A stretch of DNA of 63,413 bases, counting the filler, from Basidioascus undulatus (lineage: Eukaryota): NCBI GenBank assembly GCA_000826855.1. It is 16 parts of 16 records of this genome, joined end to end, with 100 filler letters (N's around TTAATTAATTAA, not from the genome) between each part and the next. Parts side by side here need not be neighbours in the genome. Positions count along the whole stretch, not along the records: positions 58,197 to 60,757 come from JTLS01002712.1; positions 60,858 to 63,413 come from JTLS01002713.1; 14 more parts are not named here. The stretch is one strand, 5' to 3'. Both the position numbers and the translations under genes were made by a program. The first letter of the stretch is position 1. The number at the start of each line of letters is the position of its first letter. The notes under the pieces were generated by a model that was given only the letters and a program-made list of their open reading frames with translations, did not search any database and was not told the origin of the DNA. This document shows positions 58,197 to 63,413 of this stretch, piece after piece.

Positions 58197-58643
58197 AAGT
58201 TGTGTTCCGCGACAAGAAGCAAGGGGATCGAGGACTGGGATGCTGGGGAGGAGGGGGAGAGGTCGATGGATGGTAGAGGTTGGGGAGGGGGAGGAAGAGG
58301 AGAAGGAGGTGGTTGGGTAGGAGGAGGCGGTTGGGGAGGAGGAAGAGGAGGAGGTGCTGGTTGTTGGTGCAGAGGAGGAGGAGGCGGCAGAGGAGGAGGC
58401 AGAAACGGGCACGACGCTCGTGACCTTCGTCCACCTCGGCACCCCGTCGCTTATGGAGAGTACCATATTATAGATCGTCGTGAGGCTGGGCGCGGCGCTC
58501 TCGGCCGGACTGGGCGACGGCTCGCCCCGCCCGCCCCTGTGCCGACGCAGGTGTGCGGGCCCGGGTAGCGCGGCGGAGCGCGCGGGCGCGGGGGCGAAGA
58601 GGAGCGCCGCGAGGGGAAGGAGAAGCAGGGTGGAGGGGCGCAT
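58197..58643 (-). CDS. Secreted Ser/Thr-rich protein, 5' part
   Basis: Signal peptide MRPSTLLLLPLAALLFAPAPARSA, a dibasic LRR site, then an S/T-rich tract. Confidence 0.65.
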
Positions 58644-59275
58644 GATTGGGTTGGGGGCGTGCCTTTGGGAGAGGCGGGGATGAGGAAGAGCGGGAGGACA
58701 GGGGAGGGGAGGGGACGCACCTGACGCGGTTGAAGGGGAATGGGATAGGATGGAAAAGAGCGGTAGCCTGACCGCGTGAAATGGAAGGAGAGTGGGTACG
58801 CGCTGCGTATGTGAGTGGGTGGGAGAAGGAAGGGGGTGGGAAGACTCGGTCTACGAGCGATAGAGAGGAGAGGGAGGAAAGGATCATCGTGTGCTGGATG
58901 GAGTCTTTATGCAGAGCAAATCAATCGCGTGAGTAGAACGATCAATCAACGAAACGAAACGCCTCGCCAACGCAGGATCAAGCCTGTCTGCCCGCATGCA
59001 GTCGGGCCATCTGCATCGTTCGTTCGAAGTCGAGGTCGATGCAGCGCGATGGACAGGATGAGATGGCGGGCGCGTGCCTGTCGCTCTTCCAGAAGACGGG
59101 CGTGGGAAATGACGTCATTTGGCCGACGCGTCTTCCTTGCTTCGCGCCCTTGGCCGGCCCGACGCGCGCCGCGCGAGAAGGACGAAAATCGTTTGCGTGC
59201 GCGTCTGGCACGCGTCTCGACTTCTGCTCGTCTTCATCATCCTCAACGACAAGCACGACGAACGCAACAGCAAGC

Positions 59276-60757
59276 ATGTCCGCCGCGCCCCTCTCTCGGC
59301 CCGCCCCGCCGAGCATCCTCCCCTCGGACCCGCACACGCTCCGCCTCTTCCTCGCCTCGCACGGGGGACTCGCGTTCCCTCCCCTCTCCTCCTCCAACTC
59401 AACAGCAGCACCCACCACGGCGAGCACGTCCGCTTCCCCACCCGCGGAGCAGCAGCAGCACCAGACATACAAGAAGCCCTCCCTCGCGCGGTCCGCCAAG
59501 CGCCCGCGCGCGCCCCCTCCACCTCCCCCTCCCTAACATCCCTCTTTCTGACACGCCCCCGAAGTCTCCGCCGAAGATTCTACCAGAATCTCGAAGACTG
59601 CACGTTCACGGTCCTTGCGCTCCTGCCCACGCTCGAGGAGCAGCTGGCCGAGGAGTACGATGTAGTGGGCCTGACGGAGGAGCTGCAGCGCCGGACAAAG
59701 GGCACGGGGAGTTCGCCGGCGAGCAGCGGTACTCTGCCCAGCCAGCCACCGAGCGAGGCGGGGCAAAGCACGACGACAGCGGAGTCGAGCCAGGTGCGTG
59801 TGCATCCTCTTTCCATTCTTCTTTCTTTCCCAAGTACCCAGAGAGACTTTTGCGCTAGGTCTCTTCTCCGAAGAGCAGCGCCCTCGACGAAAGCCTCCTC
59901 TCCGCGCCGAGCACCATCGACTCCATTGCCTCGCTCCCAAATTCGTCCGTCGCGTCCAGCTCGTCCGCGCCTTCCGACGGTGGTGGCGTAGGTGCCCCGC
60001 CCAGCGAGGCCGACTCCGCTGAGCAACACCCAGCCGGGACGCTCCAGCCCAGCCGGTGGGAGTCGAAGAGCAAGCTCGAGCTCTGGACGGAGCTCAAGCA
60101 CCTCAGTGCGTGCTCCCCCTCCTTCTTCCTCCTTCTTCCACGCTCACCAAGCCATCCACGGGACCGCCCAGCCTTCACCCGCACCCTCACCGCCGCCTAC
60201 GCCCTCCCTCTCCTCACCCTCTTAACGCACATGCAGCTCGCCCTCCTCGGGCGGCACTCGTACCTCTCGTGCGTGCGCGCGCTCGCGCGCGCGCGGGCAC
60301 CCGTGCCGTTCGAGCCGTCCTCCGAGTCCCGCGCGGCAGAGCTGAGCGTTGAGACAGAGCGCGCGTACCTGAGCTTCAGCTGGTGGGCGCTCCACCGCGG
60401 GTGGCGCGTCGTCGGCGCGCGCGTGGAGCGCGCTGTGAGGGAGGTGCTTGGACCGGTGGGGATTAAGGCGCTTGTTGGGGAGGGGGAGATTGAGGGGTGG
60501 CTGGAGGAGATTAGGAGACGGGTGGAGAGGGAGGAGGATGGGAGCGAGTTCGAGTGAGTCCTTCGCTTTCATACTGTCTTTGGAGGTGTGCTCACAGCCA
60601 CCATGCGCACAGCTTCCTCCCCGCCCTCTTCCCCCCAACGCCAGAGGACGAGCGTGCGGTCCTACACGCGTCCGGCCTGTCCTCGCCCACGCCCACCTCC
60701 CCATCGGCGGCTACCTCCGCTTCTCGCTTACCCTTCCCGCCCCGCCGTCTGACCTCG
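59276..60757 (+). CDS. PEX3: Peroxin-3, 3'-truncated, N-terminus atypical
   Basis: LRRRFYQNLEDCTFTVLALLPTL; KSKLELWTELKH; TRTLTAAYALPLLTLLTHMQLALLGR; ERAYLSFSWWALHRGW. Confidence 0.88.
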
Positions 60758-60857
60758 NNNNNNNNNNNNNNNNNNNNNNNNNNNNNNNNNNNNNNNNNNN
60801 NTTAATTAATTAANNNNNNNNNNNNNNNNNNNNNNNNNNNNNNNNNNNNNNNNNNNN

Positions 60858-62074
60858 CTGCGGGTGGGAGCGAGAGGGGAGTGCAAGGGGAGAGGCGGCG
60901 CGGAAGGGAGAGAGGTCGCTGGAGCTGCGGGAGGGGGCGGCGCAGGTGCGAATGCGGATGAGGGAAGCATAGCGGCTGACGGCGGGAGCCCGAGCATCTG
61001 CAGCAGCGCGTGCGTGTCCGCAGCCGGGTCCGCCTGTTCCCGAGCCGCGCGCGGGGCAGAAGGCAGCGGCACGGCCGACGGGCTGGGGGGCACGATGGGC
61101 TCCTGCCGCCTGGCGGGGTCGAGCGTCGGCGTGGGTGGGAAGAGGCTCTCGAGGAGAGAACGGCCGTCCAGGGCGGGCGCGGGCGCGGGTGCGAGCGCGG
61201 TGGGGAGGGCGCCGAAGAGCGCGTCGAGGGAGAGGGACTGCCCGGGCACGAGCGTCGGTGCAGCGCTGGAGCTTGCCGCCGTCGTCGTCGCGGGCGCTGC
61301 TGCTGGAGCGGGCTCGACGGGCCGCGGCGTGGAGGCGGCGAGGTCCTCGACCCTTTGGGCGGTGCTCCTTCTTCAATCCCCACCCAACAAAGCGGACAGA
61401 AGGACGGCCGAGACTCACTCTTGCATCTTCTGCCCTATCCTTGCGCGGTGCGCCGGATCAAATACCCAAATCCCCCAGATCGGTGCTGGCCCCTCGCTCG
61501 CAAGTCAGGCCCTGCCCTGCTCCCCACCATCAGGCAAGAACGCACCGTTGTCGTCAGGCGGGTTGAGCCCGTCCTCGGACGCGCGGAAGATAATGTAGTC
61601 CTCGGTGAGCTCGAGGTCGTCCTTGCCCGTAAATGCGAGCCGGAAGTTGTTGGGCCCATTGCGGTTCACTGTCCCCACGCTCGTCAGTCGTCAGCTGGAA
61701 AAATACGAGCATTTGAGACGCACAGATGAATATCCCAAAGTTAGGAAAAGCACTCCTGCGTTGTATCACTGAGGATTAGCACTGGATTGTTCTGAGGATG
61801 AGATGCTCGACGCGACCAGCTCGGCACGCACCTCCTAAACAAGAACATCGTTCCCTCCACGCCGTCCTTCTTCCACCCGGCCCCATCCACATAGCGGTAC
61901 AGTACGACATAAGACGTCCCATCGACGATACGCTCTATCGTCGCGTCCTCTGTTCCCAACGCCAACAAACACAGATCAGCGGCCGGGAAGGAGGTGGGGA
62001 GGGAGCGGGGAGTGGGGAGACGGACGCTGCTGCAGGACGCGGAGGTTGAAGGCCAGCTTCTGCTCGGCGTTCAT
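60858..62074 (-). CDS. DCP1: mRNA decapping activator Dcp1 (EVH1 domain), 3'-truncated
   Basis: FNLRVLQQQDATIERIVDGTSYVVLYRY...WKKDGVEGTMFLFRRSAFPNFGIFILNRNGPNNF...IWGIWVF. Confidence 0.92.
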
Positions 62075-62445
62075 GCACGCTGCAGGTGCGGTCAAGAATA
62101 CCGAAGAGAGAGAAATATGAGATTTGGTGATGGAAGGAGGCAGAGAGCTGCGCGAAGGGGCAAGGGGCAGGCAGGGGAGGGCAAGGTGTTGGGCGAACGA
62201 AAGCAAGGCAAGGCGTGTGCGAACTGCGAGCGCGATTCGAGTCTTATCCTCGCGCCAATGCACTGGCTACCTGCAGACAGACGATAAATGCACAATATGA
62301 CCTGCTTTTAAGATAAGCTTTAGCTCAATTCTGATATTAAACTACTGGTATGCGGACGACACGCTGAACGACGTGCTCGGCGACCTCTGAAGGACGACCA
62401 GCCGTCCGCGCAGCAACAGAAGTCTCCGCTGCCTCAGGTCATTCA

Positions 62446-63413
62446 TCAAGGCGGCAGGACGATCGCAAAGTTGTTCCTCCCCCCGCCCTCATCCCTCACT
62501 GTCTTCTTCCCCCACTCTCCCACCCCGTCCCCAACCTCCTCCAGCCTTCTAAACAGCCAGTACCCAACCTTCCCGCCCTCCTTCCAGCGCTCCTTGACCT
62601 TCCCGAACCCGCACCAGCGCATGAGCTGCTCAAACGCGTCCGGCGTGGTGTACCGCGAGTTGAGGATGCAGGGGAGGGGGAGGACGAGGAAGAGCAGCCC
62701 GGAGGGGCGCAGGAAGGGGTGCAGGTGGCGGAGGAACTGGCCTGTGCGTTGGAAGCCGCGTCAGCATAAGAGGGTGTTGAGGGGAGGGAGGTGAAAGAGG
62801 GGGTGACGGACCGCGTTCGAGAGGAGTGGGAACGAAATTGAGGACGAGGCTACAGCTGACGAGGTCGAACGTCTCGTCGGGCGAAGAGGGCAGCGGGCGG
62901 CGGAGGAAGTCCTGCTCGAGAATGCTCGGATGGCGCGAATGGAGGTCGATCGGGGTATTCTCAATCCACGACGTCGAACCCGCATAGTTGTCCGGCACAA
63001 GTGCGCCAATCTCCAGCAGCCTGTCCACCCACCATCTTCAGTCCCCGCCCTTCCCAACTTTCACAAACTTGAACGGGCGCACCTGAGTTTCCCCCTCTCC
63101 CCTCTCCGATGTTCCCCCATCTCCCTCAACCACACCAGGAAAACCTTGCTGCTGTCCCCCCCGCGCTCGCTGCTCTGCCCAAGCGCACTCGCAGCCTGGT
63201 ACGCCTTGAGCCCGCCGAGGTCCTCCATCTCTTTCTCCACAGCACGGAGCTCCTCGCTCTCCCGCCCCTTCCCCTTGCCCTCCTGTAGCTGCTTCTGCCG
63301 CTTAAGGAGGACGTGGAAACGCCGGATGAGCGTGCGAGTGCCGTGCGAGGAGAGGGAGGCGGCTTTCTTGGGCTTCGCGGTGGGGTGAGTGGAGAAGGAG
63401 GAGGAGGAGGAGG
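62446..63413 (-). CDS. BMT2: 25S rRNA adenine-N1 methyltransferase, 5'-truncated
   Basis: LGGLKAYQAASALGQSSERGGDSSK; LLEIGAL; IDLHS...ILEQDFLRRPLP; FDLVSCSLVLNFVP; LVLPLPCILNSRY; RNNFAI. Confidence 0.92.

Noticed and set aside
279..63388. Hundreds of overlapping or antisense ORFs in the ORF track (Arg/Pro/Ser-rich)
   Set aside because: They are shadow frames expected from high-GC coding DNA. The real genes are explained by spliced exons on one strand.

Overview
This window is eukaryotic. It is GC-rich fungal DNA with many short GT-AG introns (donors GTGCG/GTGAG/GTACG, branch sites CTRAC). By inference it is a basidiomycete yeast, plausibly Pucciniomycotina/Microbotryomycetes-like. It is not one locus: 16 unlinked contigs (one of 23.3 kb, the rest about 2.56-2.60 kb in descending length) are joined by artificial N44-TTAATTAATTAA-N44 spacers, so adjacency across spacers is meaningless. 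Most entries in the ORF track are exon fragments or shadow ORFs. After manual splicing the recognisable genes are: AP-1 gamma adaptin, QNS1, class II eIF4E, a Zn-ribbon metallo-beta-lactamase-fold protein, a bZIP-DUF3425 factor, two tandem TMEM14-like genes, PRP4, LRR and F-box proteins, an AA9 LPMO, UAP1, a WD40-UIM protein, a GNAT, flavocytochrome b2, a GH13_5-type alpha-amylase, an INO80-subunit-like protein, GRH1, an O-fucosyltransferase-like protein, DNA2, CNS1, PEX3, DCP1 and BMT2. There are three tRNA genes (Leu-CAG and an inverted pair of Cys-GCA) and three or four decayed genes (SRPK-like kinase, HNH nuclease, BAHD-type transferase, possibly the F-box gene). I found no convincing novel multi-gene system. 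The best leads are a 3-nt microexon supplying a conserved Cys in QNS1, an oversized structured intron in a TMEM14 gene, a hairpin-dense intergenic region upstream of tRNA-Leu, an AA9 with a swapped second-sphere motif, and two suspicious gene junctions (CYB2/amylase, and PEX3 lacking its membrane anchor). All protein calls come from motif recognition by eye; no database searches were run.
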